NCBI RefSeq assembly: GCF_009914755.1
Contig: NC_060947.1
Length of the DNA: 64,000 nucleotides
DNA from: the human T2T-CHM13v2.0 reference genome, Homo sapiens
Reading direction: 5' to 3' (one strand)
Shown: positions 28,560 to 42,829 of the stretch, piece after piece
How positions within the stretch are numbered: position 1 is the stretch's first letter
Layout: every line of letters begins with the position of its first letter
Notes under the pieces: generated by a model
Database searches by the model: none
What the model saw: only the letters and a program-made list of their open reading frames with translations
What the model was told of the DNA's origin: nothing
Translations under genes and position numbers: made by a program

Positions 28560-29379
28560 CTAATGAAAAGCTAATGTGTTATCCAAACTCAAGGAAGATA
28601 TATTAATGACATATCATGATTTTAATCATAATAGAAGGGTTAAAAATGTTCAACCCTTGGAAGAGAAATAAGTAAACAAAAACGTACATGACACTATAAT
28701 AAAAGAAATAATCACAACCACAGGTATATCTCTATTGCTGTAAATCTAAGTAATTTATCTGGTATTTTATAGAGGAAGAAATATAGCTGTGATGATCCCA
28801 GGAGTCATATTTGCATATGCAGACATTTTCCAACATGATAAAAGCTTTGGAAATCCCATCTATATTGACTTTAGAAGGATCTGATGAAAGTTTCATCAAG
28901 TAATACCCTCTACTTCTCTTCCAGCTCCTGCATAATTTACATCTCTGTGGAGGAGCCAGTCTTTTGATCTGCCCCCAGGAGGTTTAGGCATTGAAGTCCC
29001 CAAGGCTATCCGTGGGCTCAATGACTAGAGTCTCTGATATACTCCCATTCCATAAAAAGCAAGATGCATGCTCCAAAGTTTGAAACACTGCAAGATGAGG
29101 AGGCTTTCTAATACATATATTAAAGGGAGGTTTTTAACTGTGTATGGGACTCATGGTTTCTCCCCATCACCTTTCCCCTAATGCTTTCTAAAGAAATTCC
29201 ATCACATGACACTGCAATGCTTAATATGTCATAATTCCATGTGTCGTTAATGTTATGCAATATTAAAAATGAAATTGTGATATTCAAAGTGCGCACATAG
29301 CACAATTTGAGAAAATGTGACAGTTTTGAAATTCTGCCAAGATCAGCTTGAAAATCTTGACGTAGATTGTTCTTACAGA

Positions 29380-29838
29380 TATATTAGTCTGAATTCTCCC
29401 ACGAGTCAACCCCGAGACAAGGAGGTGAGTGTAGTGGCCTTATTTATGCAGTGGCTTATGCAAGAGCTTATCCAAGAAGCTCACTGGGCAAGTGGGGAGT
29501 GAGAGAGAAGAAGTAAAGAGAATGTGTTAATAAGTAGGGGCTTAGTCACTCTCACCCCTGGGAAGGAAGGTATGGTCTTGGAAACACACCCCCACCCCAG
29601 GGAAGGAGGCATTTGACCTCCGACTCCCTTTTCCAGTGTCTGAGGGCTATCTTAGGGGTTTTGACCCACGTGCCGCTGAGTAAGTTTCCTAGGGACAGAG
29701 TCAGCCCTGAGCTGAGAAGAAGGAAGCCAGACATGCTTAGTGAGAGGCTGTCAGCTTGCTGTGAACCCTCTAGTGCACCTGCTAGCGAACTGAGAACGGT
29801 CAAGGGAATGAGGGTGGAGCATCCAGGCACCTTCCACA
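29380..29838 (-). mobile_element. Old ERVL LTR (LTR33-like)
   Basis: tattagtctgaattctccc...cccgagacaagga...ggagcatccaggcaccttccaca. Confidence 0.5.
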
Positions 29839-30797
29839 GATGGAGCTTAAGTGACTGTGCTGAAAGTAATCCTTGATATATTTATTTAGAGGTCTCCCTT
29901 TTAAGGATTCAGAATGCCAAACAAAATTCTGTCCTTTTTAAGGGCCCTCCTTAGCACCATCCAGACTGGAAAGACCACCGGTCTATGGCCCCAAGCTTCC
30001 CCTACTAAAAATAAGAAGGCTGTAAGGGACAGACATCAGGTCTTCTGTTCTGGCAATATGTCTCATACCAAGAAAGCACTCAATCCTTTTGTTAAATGAA
30101 GGCATGAGTTGATGAATACCACCATCTCCTACACATTCAGTTCAGACGAATAGCAGATCATTTGCTGAAATTCCTAAAGATGTTCATTTTACATTCAGAA
30201 GTCTGAAAGAAGAAACAAATGCTTTTTTTCCAACAACTTTTTTTTCATGTCATTTTAAAGCACATAAAATGAGTCATTAAAGTGAAAATTTTAAAAAGAA
30301 CCACTAAAAGGGACGGGGTTTTTCCCACGGTGTCTTTATATCTTCTTAATTCCATTTGAATAACTCACTCTAAGTTCTCTATAGGAAGACAACCATGTAA
30401 CAGAATTTCCCAAAGGTTAACTTGGAGAGTATATAGGCATGAAGCACAGCCATTACTATATTTTAGACACCATGGTATGATTTCCAGAAGGTCCTTTCCA
30501 TGATTACATCTATAGTTTGAAATTTTAAAACTCTATGGCCAACATTGCCAATGTTGGCTGATTATTAATTTGCAAAGGATGGTGGATGGGGTGATGGTCG
30601 CTTACAATATTAATTAAAGACTAGCACCATCCAATAGAAACATAACACGAGCCACAAACAGGAGCCATGCACATGATTTTAAATTTTCCCGTAACCTCAT
30701 TTTAAAAAGTAAAAAGAACAGGCGAAGCTAAATTCAATAACGTACTTTTATATAAGCCAATATACCCAAAATATGATCACTTCATTATGTAAATAAT

Positions 30798-30968
30798 TTT
30801 ATTATTATTTTAGAGAAGGAGTCTGCTATGTTGCCCTGGCCAGAGTGCAGTGGCATTCACAGGCATGATCATAGCATACTACAGTCTCAAACTCCTGGCC
30901 TCAAATGATTATCCTGCCTCAACCTCCCAAGTAGCTAGGACTACAGGCATGTGCAACAGTGCCTGGCT
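30798..30968 (-). mobile_element. FAM (fossil Alu monomer)
   Basis: gagtgcagtggcattcacaggcatgatcatagc retains the 7SL-derived attcacaggc segment that later Alus lack. Confidence 0.75.
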
Positions 30969-31083
30969 ATATGTCTGTCAATAATGTTTTATAAATTACT
31001 GAGATATTTTACATTCTCTTTCTTCTACTAAATCATTGAAATCTGGTGTGTATTTTGCACATAGAACACATCTCAATTTGGAC

Positions 31084-31768
31084 TATTGTCCAAAAGAAGA
31101 CGAGGATGGCTAAATAGTAGAAAAGAGAGCTTTACTGGAGATATCAGATTGTAAATTGGGGAGGATAGTCTCCGGTGTGGACCAAAAGTGCTCTGTCTTC
31201 AAAGATGGAAGAGGCAGGTTAGGCTTTATGCCTCACAGGTTCTGTATTACACAGTGGAGTTACACATATTCAGCAGGTTTGGGGGGAAAGCTATACATAT
31301 TTATAATCGGGGTGACTGCATGTGCAATGGGTAAACATACATGTAACTTATGTCTCATATTCACTTTGGGGCATGGTTTTCCCATTAAAATGAGTTAGAA
31401 TTTGGCTCTTCACATGGAAAGGTGAACTATAAGACCCAAATCCAATTTGTGTATAGCTTCTATAGGCGAGCTGAAATTGGCATACGGTCTACGGTTGCTT
31501 TTCAGAAAAGAATGTTTGTAAGGGTGGTCCTCTGTCCAATCAGTTACACTAGTCTGGGTTGTAAACCAGAATTGGGAGAGGTCTGATAACTCCTCTTGTT
31601 AAGGACTTCAGCAAGGGTATGGTTCTGACAGCTGCAGGGATTTAGGAAGTTGTCATTCCAGCCTAGCCCTGAACCCTTGACCAGTAGGTCCTACTAACTT
31701 TTGTCTCCTTAACCTTGGGGTCCATCTTAGTTGATAGAGTGGGGTCTGTTTTGGTCTCTCAGATCCCA
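31084..31768 (-). mobile_element. MER39-like ERV1 solo LTR
   Basis: Minus-strand start tgggatctgagagaccaaaa...atcaactaagatggacc; TSD ggac (31080-31083 / 31769-31772). Confidence 0.82.
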
Positions 31769-32266
31769 GGACTCACAATGTTCTAAGAGCCCATAGCCAC
31801 ATGTAGTGAGTGGCCACCATATTGGGTCATTCAAGACCAGCTTATCTTGTGGGGGATCTTGGTGGAGGGTAGAGTTGAAATCGGTGAATAGGATTCAAGA
31901 TAGAGAAGAGAATATCTTCCATAGATGTTTCATCCACTGGAGATTCCTTTTGTTAATGTGCTACATCTCTCCTACTCGTAATGTAATAACAGAGTTCTCT
32001 GTTGGTGTCCATGTTTGTGGCTGACTGTCATGTGGCAGAAAAACTATGGTTTGGAACATTCTGAAAAAGTGAAATTAGATGAAGTTAAAAGGATAAGAAA
32101 GGAAGCTTTGAGTGTAGAAGGTACTTCAATTGTTGGGAGAATAAAGAGTTGGTCTAGGTCCAGCCCCACTTTTTGGAACCACACAATATAACACTTGCCA
32201 AGGAATGTCCCTATTTCCCACTCACTGTATCTTTGGTCTTTGTTCCCCTAATCAAAGTAGGGGGCC

Positions 32267-32760
32267 ATATTGGTTTCCTTTGCCTACCTGCAATACATTA
32301 TCACAAATTGAGTGCCACATTTCTCATCCCACAGTTCTGAAGGACAGAAGTCCTAAGTGAATCTCACTGGGCTAAAACCTGTGTCAGTAAAGATGTTCAT
32401 TCTGGAGGCTCTGGGGGGAATGTATTTCCTGGGTTTTTCCAGTTTCTAGAGTCAGACTGATATTCCTTGCCTCCTGGCCTCCTTCCATCTTTGAAGCCAG
32501 CAAATGTTGGCCAAGTATTTCTCAAATCACATCATTTGATTCTTCTATTTCCCTTTTCCCCATTTAAAGAATCCCTGCAATTCCACTGAGTCCACCCAGA
32601 TAATCCAGTTAATCTCCCCAGTTTAAGGTCAACTGATTAGCAACCTTAATTTCATCTCCACATGAATTACCTTTGTCATGTAAAGTAACATATTCAAAGG
32701 TCCTCGTAATTAAGATGTAGATGTTTGGGGATAGAGGTGTCATTATTTTGTCAATCTCAG
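32267..32760 (-). mobile_element. MLT1D-like LTR
   Basis: cacagttctgaagg...tctcactgggctaaa...aggtcaactgattagcaaccttaatt. Confidence 0.8.
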
Positions 32761-32917
32761 TCGCATTCCATTGTAATTCTTTTTCATTGTCGATGCTGTT
32801 GTGTTTGCTGAAGCCCTATGTTCTGAAATGAAATGCCCAACTAAAGTAGTGTTTGCCTCTAGAGTATATGTATATTTTAATTTATTGACAACTATTCTTA
32901 CTATTTATTTTTCACTC

Positions 32918-32976
32918 TTATTATAGTTTAGGGGTTAGGATCAGGGTTATTATAGTTAGGGCTAGGGTTAGGGTTA
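32918..32976 (+). repeat. Short interstitial telomere-like (TTAGGG) repeat
   Basis: ttaggggttaggatcaggg and ttagggctagggttagggtta. Confidence 0.75.
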
Positions 32977-33678
32977 ATCCAGCTCTTTCCTGGACTAAAG
33001 TGATTATTGTGTCTTAAATATTTTTTAGTTTTAAAATAAGTAGCTGATTTTCTGTAAAGGCAACTATCTACATAAAATCATCTCAACCTCCCCATCAAAA
33101 ATACCTTCTAACATATCTTTCTAAATTCTCTCTCATTCAGAGAGTTGCAACTGTTGCATCAGAGCACAGAAAGATTTTTCCCATAAGACATATGGAAGAA
33201 GTGAAGCCAAGAAATATTATAACACTTTTAGTCACTTGGTAAATGTGTCAATTTTGGGAACTGAACCACAAACTCAACAGTAGATGTTCTTACCATTAGC
33301 AACATCTCTAGAGCTTCCACATTCAGAAGAGCACATTCCTTCTTAAAATTATGTGAACAAGTCATTGAATTTTAAATGAGGGTAACTTTTTTTAGACAAA
33401 AGAAAATAACTAATTGCCATTTGATGGAGCATTCCCTCAGATGCCTATATCATGGCAGATATGCAAAAAAAGTGGAACAAATTTACACAAACCTCATAAG
33501 TCAAAATATAGACACATCTAAGCATGCTGAGCTGATTAAGCTAAAAAAAAAACAGATTTTATTTTTCTTGAGGGTTTAGAAATAAATTTATAGCTCACAG
33601 TAAAATAGGACATCATATCTGCTTTCAAAACAAGTACGCACAGCAATGGAAATGTAAGTTTGTTTTTCTATTTTTTAA

Positions 33679-33981
<303 letters not shown>

Positions 33982-34469
33982 GAAAGTTTTTTTTTTTTTA
34001 ATTTAAAATTTATGGTTTTTTTTTTTGTATTACTTACATTATACCACAGAATGCAAGATAGTATACGGTTGTTAAATTTTTAAAAATTCATAAATAGAAA
34101 AGTAAATTCAAATATTCCCAAAACTTGTTTTTTAATTCAATGTTTGCTACAAGGAGTGCACCCTTGCCACAGGAGCAAAAGTGTGTTTTTAAATATCAAA
34201 TAAAGAGAATTCATTTCACCCATTGGTATTTATTTAGCTCCAGGGCTGTCTCAGGGAACTGGGGAAGCTGCGCCCTGTAACAAGTGAGCGCATGTTGGCC
34301 TGCCAGGGTGAGAGAGAGGGGCATCAATTTGAGATTTGCCTTAGGAAGATGGTGCCTCCTTGTGACTCCTAAGGGCTGCACTGCTGGTGCTGCCTCTACC
34401 TGCAGATCAAGTTTGCAGGCACAAAGATGAAGACCAGGGAAGATCCAGTCCTAGGGGAAGGGCATGTCA

Positions 34470-34620
34470 CAGATTCAGTCAATTCTTTTGACGACTGTGT
34501 GTGAGAACATTCACTGTAGTGGTCATCACTTTGAGAACTGGGGTACAGCAGTTAACAAGATAGATGAGATTCCCAGCTCTATGGGACTCACATTATGGTG
34601 GAGAAAAATAAAATGTCACG
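34470..34620 (-). mobile_element. L2 3' fragment
   Basis: gaactggggtacagcagttaacaagatagatgagattcccagctctatggg. Confidence 0.6.
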
Positions 34621-35157
34621 GAAACTTACAGACAGCGGGACATCACCCAACTTGCTCTGGGAATGAAAACTTCAGCTGGAACTGGGGTGAGAAAAGAAGT
34701 CCATCAGGCCCCAGAGGGTAGGCGTAGGGTCAGGTTGAGAGGATGGGCATGGATTTCAATCATGATTTCAATCAGAGGAAGGCTCCATACTCATAATGTG
34801 TTCAGATTCTTTTCATTGCTCTCCAGAAGGCACTAGTAGTATTCCAAGATACCTGCCTATACTGAATGCTTCCACCAAGTTTTCCATTTTCCAATTGCTG
34901 AGAGCCCTAAGAAGCCTTCTGTAAATAAGATCTAGGTCATCTAAGTCACTCTACCAAATCTTCCCCTGAGAACACATTGCCCCCTACCTTTCAAAGTTAT
35001 TGTCAAAGCTGCTGTATCCTTGTTGTTTTATGTTCAACAACAAATGCTTTTTATTAAATGTCTTCTTTGAGCTGGGTAGTGCTCCAGGCATGGCAGATTC
35101 AGCACTAAGCAAGGAATACAGCACCCTCACTTTCATGGGGGTCACAGTGAAGCCAGC

Positions 35158-35492
35158 ATGATGGTGGTGGTAGTGGTGGTGGTGGTGATGGTAATGATGA
35201 TGGCAGTGATAGTAGTGATAATAGTGGTGATGGTGGTGGTGGTAGTGATGATGGTGGTGATGTTGGTGATGGTTTGGTGTTGGTGATGGTGATGACGTTG
35301 ATGATGGTTGGTGATAATGGTGGATGGTGATGATGGTAGTGGTAGTGGTGACGGTGTTGTTGGTGATGGTGATGTTGATGGCAATGGTGGTGTTGATGGA
35401 TACTGATGATGTGGTGATAATAGTGGTCATAATGGTGGTGGTGGTGGTGCCGAAAGTGGAGGTGGTAGTGTTTATGGTAGTGACAATGGTGG
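35158..35492 (+). repeat. (TGG/TGA)n trinucleotide repeat inside an L2 relic
   Basis: About 330 bp of tgg/tga/tag triplets; a degenerate continuation follows at 35855-35925. Confidence 0.93.
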
Positions 35493-35853
35493 TCTTAGTC
35501 CATTTTGTGTTGCTATTACAGAATACCACAGACTGGGTAATTTACAACAAACAGAAATGCATTTGGCTTATGGTTCTGGAGACTAGAAATTCCAACAGCA
35601 TGACACCAGTATCTGGTGAGGAACTTCGTGCAGTATAATTCCATGATGGAGGGCAGAAGGGCAAGAAAGGGTGAGAGCAAGAGGATGAAGCTTGCTTTAT
35701 AACAAAGCCACTCTCAGGATACCTAACCCAATCTCATTTATAAGGACAACATGACCTAATCACCTCTTCTTAGGCCCTACCTTCCAGCACTGGTTGCATT
35801 GGGATTTCAGTTTCCAACACATGACCTTTGGGGAACACATTCAAACCATAGCA
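35490..35853 (-). mobile_element. MSTC/MSTD-like solo LTR
   Basis: tcttagtccattttgtgttgctat...cacattcaaaccatagca. Confidence 0.88.
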
Positions 35854-37386
35854 ACAGTGGTGTCAGTGAGGTTGGTAGTGTTGGTGGTAGAGGTGACAGT
35901 GCAGGTGGCAGTGGGGTTGTGGAGTTGGGCAACAAACAAGCACATTAGTGTACTAGAAAAATAACAGCTATATACACTAAAGACAAAGTGGAAAATATAA
36001 AACGTAATGAAGTGGACCTGGGCTGCTACTTCAAATGAATGGCCAAGAAAGACCTCTCAGACACAGTGACATTTAAGCCAAGATCTCAAAGCTGAGTGGC
36101 CTGACCCTGTGCTCCATATTCATGATTAAGATTGTATTGAACAGGTCTAAAGGTTCAAGAATATTAGCAATAGAGAATAAGCTCCTATAAAGCTTATGGT
36201 CAAAATATGAATGAGCTGGTTCTCCTATAATCTCATTTTCTCTATAAACATTTGAGAATTTTTCATAACAATATTTTCCATCACATCACATAAACTCTAC
36301 ACAGGGGAAAAGATTCAAATTAGCATTTAACATTTATTCTAAAGTCCACTTTGTGTCTCTCTATACAAATGTCTTTTCTTAAGCTTCTAGAAAGTCTTTC
36401 TGTTCCTATAAACTTGCTGTAAGTAGAAAGCCTACTTTATTTATTCTGGCATCTTTATATTCTTGAGAACATCTCTGCAAAATTTTATGTCATCTGCAGA
36501 AAATAGACTTTTTCTGGCAATTTCCTAACTATTGATTTAGCTGTTCTTGTGTGTCTTTAAATTAGGAGCCACCAGCCTGGTGTTAGGCCGTGAAATGGAA
36601 AAATTATGGGGTGAGCATCTCAGTCACTCTTCCCTGTCAGTCTTTGTCTTAATCCTCATTTACTTTTCTAATCTACTTTCAACTTGACAGTGCTAATTTC
36701 CTGGCAAAGTATTAATTCCAAACCCAGAGAAGAAGAATTACTAAAGGTTCTCTGTAGCAATGACTGTTGGTGCTCTGTTCAGGTTCATGCTGGCATTTTA
36801 TCCCCCAGGATACCCATTGGCCAGTTGAGAAGAATACTGCCTGCTAGCAGCTCAGAGCTGCACCACCTGCTCTCAGCCAAATGAAAATATCTGGAGTTTA
36901 CATTCCTCCCCAGAAGGTCCCAAAGCCCATGACTGACAGTGCTCCAGTGATCTACTGCTGCATACCAAACCACCCCAGACCTAGTGGAATAAAACAACTA
37001 TCGTTTTCTTTGCTCATAAATTAGATGGTTTGGGAATTTGGACTGGGCACATTGGGCAGTTTGTCCTGCTCCATGATGTCTACGGCCTCAATGAGGAAGA
37101 CTCCAATGAATGGGAGTGACCTGAAAAACTGGAAACTGGAATTACCTGGAGATTTCTCCCCTCACTTTCTTGCGCCTGGGCTGGCAAAACTAAAAATCTG
37201 GGCTCAGATGGGGCTGTTGAGAGCAACTGCAGATTGCTTTTTTGTGTAGCTTGAACTCCCTTACAGCATGGCAGCTTCTGGTTACTTGGGCTTCTACTGT
37301 GGTGAATTGAAATTCCAGCAGTGACTGTGTCAGCAAACAAGGGAGAGCTCCTTTGGCCTTTTACAATCCAGCCTTAAAAGTCACAT

Positions 37387-38468
37387 GGTATCCAGTGAGC
37401 ACATGCAAAGATCCTCAATATCACTAATCACTAGGGAAATGCAAATCAAAACCACAAAGAGATATACTACACACCCATTAGCATGACTACTATTAAAAAA
37501 AAAATTACCCAGAAGGTAACAAAAGCTGCTGAGAAAGTGGAAAAATTGAAACCCTTGTACTATTTGGGGAGTGTAAAATGGTGCGGCTCTTATGAAAAAC
37601 AATATTGAAATTCCTCTAAAAATTAAAAATAGGATTATGATATGCTCTAGCAATTCTACTTTTGGATATATACTCCAAAGAACTGAAATCAGGGTATCAA
37701 AAACATATTTGTACACTCATGTTCATAGCAGCACTACTTACAATGGCCAAAATGAGGAAGCAACCGAAGCGTTCATCAATGGATAAATGAATAAACAAAA
37801 TTTGGTCTACCCATACAGTAGAATATTGTTCAGGCTTAAAAAAAAAAAGGAAATTCTGACACATGTTACAACCTGGATGAACCAGGAGGACATCATGCTT
37901 AGCGAAATAAGCTAGTCACGAAAGACAAGTTATTATTTAATGGATACAGAGTCTTAGTTTTGCAAGGTGCAGAGAGTTCTGGAGATGGGAGGTGGTGGTC
38001 ATTGTAAAACAACATAAACTTAACAGTACTGAACTGTTCATATGGTTTTGCTGTGTCCCCACCCAAATCTCATCTTGAATTTCCACATGTTGTGTGAGGG
38101 AACTGGTGGAAGGTAACTGAATCATGGGGGCAGGTCTTTCCCATGCTGTTCTTGTGATAGTGAATAAGTCTCATGAGATATGATGATTTTATAAGGGGGA
38201 GTTCCCCAGTACAAGCTCTCTTCTCTTTGCTTGCTGCCATCCATGTAAGATGTGACTTGCTCCTCCTTGCCTTCTGTCATGATTGTGAGGCCTCACCAGC
38301 CACATGGAACTGTAAGTCGATTAAATCTTTCTTTTGTAAATTTCCCAGACTCAGGTATGTCTTTATCAGCAGTGTGAAAATGGACTAATACAATTGAACA
38401 CTTAAAAATGGTGACGATGGTAAATTTTATGTTATGTGTATTTTACAACAATTAAAAATTATTTTAAA
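37387..38468 (+). mobile_element. L1MA/L1MB 3' end
   Basis: cactaatcactagggaaatgcaaatcaaaaccaca...cacttaaaaatggt; TSD-like ttaaaa(t)gtcacat on both sides. Confidence 0.88.
38038..38392 (+). mobile_element. THE1A/B-like solo LTR in L1
   Basis: tatggttttgctgtgtccccacccaaatctc...tggactaataca. Confidence 0.92.
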
Positions 38469-38603
38469 ATGTCACATCATGTCACTTTCACCATATTCTA
38501 TTGTTGGAAGCAATCAGTCTTCTGCCAATATTCAAGGGCAGGGGATGCAAACCCTGTCTCTTGATGGGAAGTGTCATAAATTTGCTGCTATTTTCAGGTG
38601 GAG

Positions 38604-38853
<250 letters not shown>

Positions 38854-39419
38854 AAATTGCTGTGTTTTAAAGCCACCGCAGTGGACTAGAGACCAGTCCC
38901 TTTACCACAAGGCAGGGCAAATCTGTAGCACTATTTCTGCTCCACAACTCCTCATGGAATCAAGCTGAGGCTTCATCTGTAATCAGATCTCTGACTGCCT
39001 TCTCTCTCCACCCACTCCTGCTTCCCTCATTTCCTGAGGGGTTTCTCCTCTGAGCCCTCCATCAATAAATCACTGGCCCATGAGTCCTCATCTCAGACTG
39101 CTTCTAGAGAATCTGACCTAAAACAGACTGTGAGGCTGGGAATCTATTAAAAAATCAAAAGGGCAGTGGAATTTTAGATTTTTTCAGGGCTGTGGGGAAT
39201 ATATTTTGAAACAGGAAGCCTTTTCATCACTCCTTTTGAAGGATGTCAGCTATTCACAAGACCTATCCTAATCACTTAACCATATTTCCTTCAAAGATAA
39301 TGACTGTCATTCTTCCTGTTGACCTGTTGTTCTTAAGAACCAAGGTACCAACTCAGGGAGACAGTGTGGTCAACACCCAAAGGCCAAAGGGAACATTATT
39401 GAATGTCCAGGTGCCAGCC

Positions 39420-39531
39420 AGGGTGACCAGTTGCCCTTGTTTGCTCCAGAATGAGAGGCTTCCTTGGATATGAGATTTTCAGTGTCAAAACCAGGAGATT
39501 CCCACACAAACCAGGATAAATTTGATCACCT
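39420..39531. mobile_element. MER94-like hAT-Blackjack MITE
   Basis: TIRs agggtgacca...tgatcacct; gattttcagtgtcaaaacc centre. Confidence 0.75.
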
Positions 39532-39594
39532 GTGGGAAGTTTGCATTTGTCTCTGGGATTTTGTCACCCTCATGTTAAAATCACTCTCCAGGCA

Positions 39595-39960
39595 TGTGTT
39601 AGATTCTTAGGGCTGCCACAACAAAAAACCATGAACTGATAGCTTTTTAAAAAAACCTTACATTTATTTATCATAGTTATGGGAGCTGAAAGTCCAAAAT
39701 TAAGGCACCAGCAGATTCAGCAGCTGGTGAGGACCTGCTTCCTGGTTCATAGACAGTGCCTTCTGGCTGTGTCCTCACATGGTGGAAGGGGAAAGGGAGC
39801 TTTCTGGGGTCTCTTTCATAAGGGCACAGATCCCATTCATGAGGCTCCATCTTTATGACCTCATCACTTCCCCAAGGCCCATCTCTTAACATCATCACCT
39901 TGGGGGTTAGGTTTCAGTATCTGAATTTGCAGGGGGTGGACACAAACATTCAGTCCATAC
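39595..39960 (-). mobile_element. MLT1A0-like LTR
   Basis: gcttcctggttcatagacagtgccttct...gacacaaacattcagtccata. Confidence 0.85.
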
Positions 39961-40575
39961 CTGCAGAGTTGGTTCCTTCTAAGGGCTGTGAGGCCTCTCT
40001 CCTTGGCTTGCACACAGCTGTCTTCTACCAGCAAGTTTTCATTGTGCCTTGCCTTTATGCATACCTTGGTATCCAAATCTTCCCTTTTTATAAGGACACC
40101 AGTGTTATTCGATTAGGATCCACCTTAATGACCTCATTTTAACGTGATTACCTTTGTAAAGACCCCATCTCTGGGGCCAGGCACAGTGGCTCACACTTGT
40201 AATTCCAGCACTTTGGGAGGCTGAGGAGGGTGGATCACTTGAGGTCAGGAGTTGGAAACCAGCCTGGGCAACACGGTGAAACCCTGTCTCTACTAAAAAT
40301 ACAAAAATTATCTGGGCATGGTGGTGGGTGCCTGTAATCCCAGCTACTTGGGAGGCTGAGGCAGGAGAGTCACTTGAATCCAGGAGGCGGAGGTTTCAGT
40401 GAGCTGAGATTGCACCACTGCACTGAGGCCTGAGCAAAGGAGCAAGATTCCATTAAAAAAAAAAAAAAAAAAAAAGACCACATCTCTAAATATAAGGTCA
40501 CGTTCCCGTGGTACTAGGGATTAAGACTTCAACATATTATTTGGGATGGGGGAAGGTAAAATTCAATCCATAACC
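39961..40575 (-). mobile_element. MLT1B-like LTR part, split by Alu
   Basis: ttataaggacaccagt...aatgacctcattttaac...aattcaatccataac. Confidence 0.78.
40175..40474 (+). mobile_element. AluS
   Basis: TSD aaagacc(c/a)catctct. Confidence 0.95.
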
Positions 40576-41683
40576 ATACATAAAGGCTTTAACCAGGTAA
40601 CTAAGTCAGGGAGCAGAAATTAGGGGGAAGATCTAGCGATACGAGGTATCCCCTGGAAGTTTGCAGATCCTGTGACACATGGCTACATTAAAAATCAAAT
40701 CAACCCAATTAGTGAACTGAATTACTTCCAGAGGTGTCTGAATCAAGGCAGACACATAAAAACATCAGGTGGGAACAAACATTCTAAGTTCATAAGAAAC
40801 AGAAAATCAAGAGCTCCCAAGCACGAGAGAAATCCCTCCATGTGCCTCAGGAAGACTCAAACGGCATAGCGCTTTGGTCATCAAACTTTTTGTTTTTGTA
40901 CAGATGCTTTGAATTTTAACTTAGGGGCTCTTGGATCCATTCCTGGCTTTGGTATTTAATATTAACTAGCTTTGACTATGTGACCAATATCCTCAGAATC
41001 TAAGTTTTCCTCACTGGACAAATAAAGGAGTAGCAAGGAATTGCTATTTACTCTTTTAGTTCTAAGTTACTACGAATCAAAGACAAATGCCAATAACATA
41101 TTTTCTAAAAGAAAATTATTTCTTCTGGTTTACTAGATTCACATTGAGTAAACATTTGCTTCAATAAATGGTAACATGCTCCTGGTCTAAAAACCATTCA
41201 TTCATAATGAAACACTGAGTAGTTCGCCCTGAAACCACGAACAGGATTTCATTGACTAAATCTATGTTAAAATGGCTCATAGATTTTGTTTTTACAGAGT
41301 AAGCCTATGAAATTGATCAGTATTATGATAAAATAATGAATTGGCAATTATATAATGTCATATCCTATGTACTTTAAAAGTATGCTAGCTACAAAAACCT
41401 CAACTATATATTATACTCACCTGGTATTAGATTATCTGTCAAACCCCATCAGCAATAGGTAATTACCCACTTTTTACGAGCACTATAAAAACTAGTTGTC
41501 AATCAGATGGATGGAGCAACCAATTTATTCTTGTACATTGCCATTACATCAAATTGCATTATATGCTGACATAACCTAAGATCATATAGTTGTTTATCCA
41601 TTAAGCAAAAACACTAATCAGAAAAATTAAGGTTTAAACACTTCTAGCAGAATTCAAGTAAATGCTCTGGTAAATAATTTTTC

Positions 41684-41909
41684 AGCCTGGGCAACAAGGC
41701 AAAACCTCATCTCTACAAAAAATTAAAACAAAAATTAGCCAGGTATGGTGGTGCATGCCTGTAATTGCAGCCACTCGGGAGGCTGAGTTGGGAGGATAGC
41801 TTAAGGCCAGGAGCTCAAGGCTACTGTGAGTGATGATCCTCAGATCACGACACTGCACTCCAGCCTGGGCACCAGAGAGAGACCCCATCTCTTAAAAAAA
41901 AAGAAAGAA
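41684..41909 (+). mobile_element. AluJ, 5' truncated
   Basis: Starts at cagcctgggcaaca; right arm and tail present. Confidence 0.88.
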
Positions 41910-42829
41910 AGGATTTTTTTTTCCAACCTGAGCATGAATCACAAATGCTGACTGTACATTCTACCTTTTTGCCCCTTTTAGGGGGGGTCTCATTCTATTA
42001 CAGATTACAAAAATATTTTATCCACTTTATATGAAAGCTGCTTTCATAACTAACCGCTTAATATCTACCAGTAGACATCCTTTCACAGAGAAAATAGAAG
42101 TCAAGAACCCCATCTGAGTATATTAATAGGGTTCATTTATTATTGTTTGTTAAATGTCTCATAAATTGTTTCAGACCAAGTAGAGAGGAAACAGACCACC
42201 AATAGAGATGTAAACATTTTGAAAAGATGAGCAGTTGTCTGCAGACAATTCTGTTATCAGTGTAGATGTCAGTCCAATTACTGCACTCTGTAGCATTCAG
42301 CTGCCCAGGAGAAAACTCAAACTGGGAAACTATAGGCTGTGTTTATACACGCCAAATGAAGTGTGAAGTTGTACCATGCTGGTGAAGTTGATCCATCTAG
42401 ATGCCAATCAAATCTGTTAAGTGAAAACAAGAAGTGTATCCTCTCTTCTGACTAGGTGTGTTGCTAGCCATGTGGCTAAGTTTCCCACGGTGTTCTCTCC
42501 CTTGGATTAAATAAATATACTGTTACTATTGACTAATGTTTCTTTTGGGAAACTTAAGCAATGTTTCCCTCCAGAAGACATCTTTTCTCTGAGAAATGAT
42601 GCTCATTTGGATATTAAAACCTAAATTTCAAAATCTGAAACTACCCTCCATTTTCAGTCCAATGATGACTCAAAGTCTTAGAGAAAGAAACAACCTGAGA
42701 CAATAAGAAATGTATGTGGTTTTAAATGCATTTCTTACACTTTCCAGCAATTAATTTTCATTTACGTGAGTGCTTGTGCCCTGCAAAATCAAATGTTTTT
42801 TAAAATTTTATTTATCTTTAAATTTATTT

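Larger units (their letters stand above)
30621..31830. mobile_element. MER33-like hAT-Charlie element split by FAM and MER39
   Basis: ccaatagaaacataacacgagccaca...aaatctggtgtgtatttt...catctcaatttggac // atagccacatgtag...ccaccatattgg. Confidence 0.8.

Noticed and set aside
34984-35638. Poly-His, poly-Thr and poly-Val ORFs
   Set aside because: They are reading frames of the (TGG/TGA)n repeat, starting or ending in an MST LTR.
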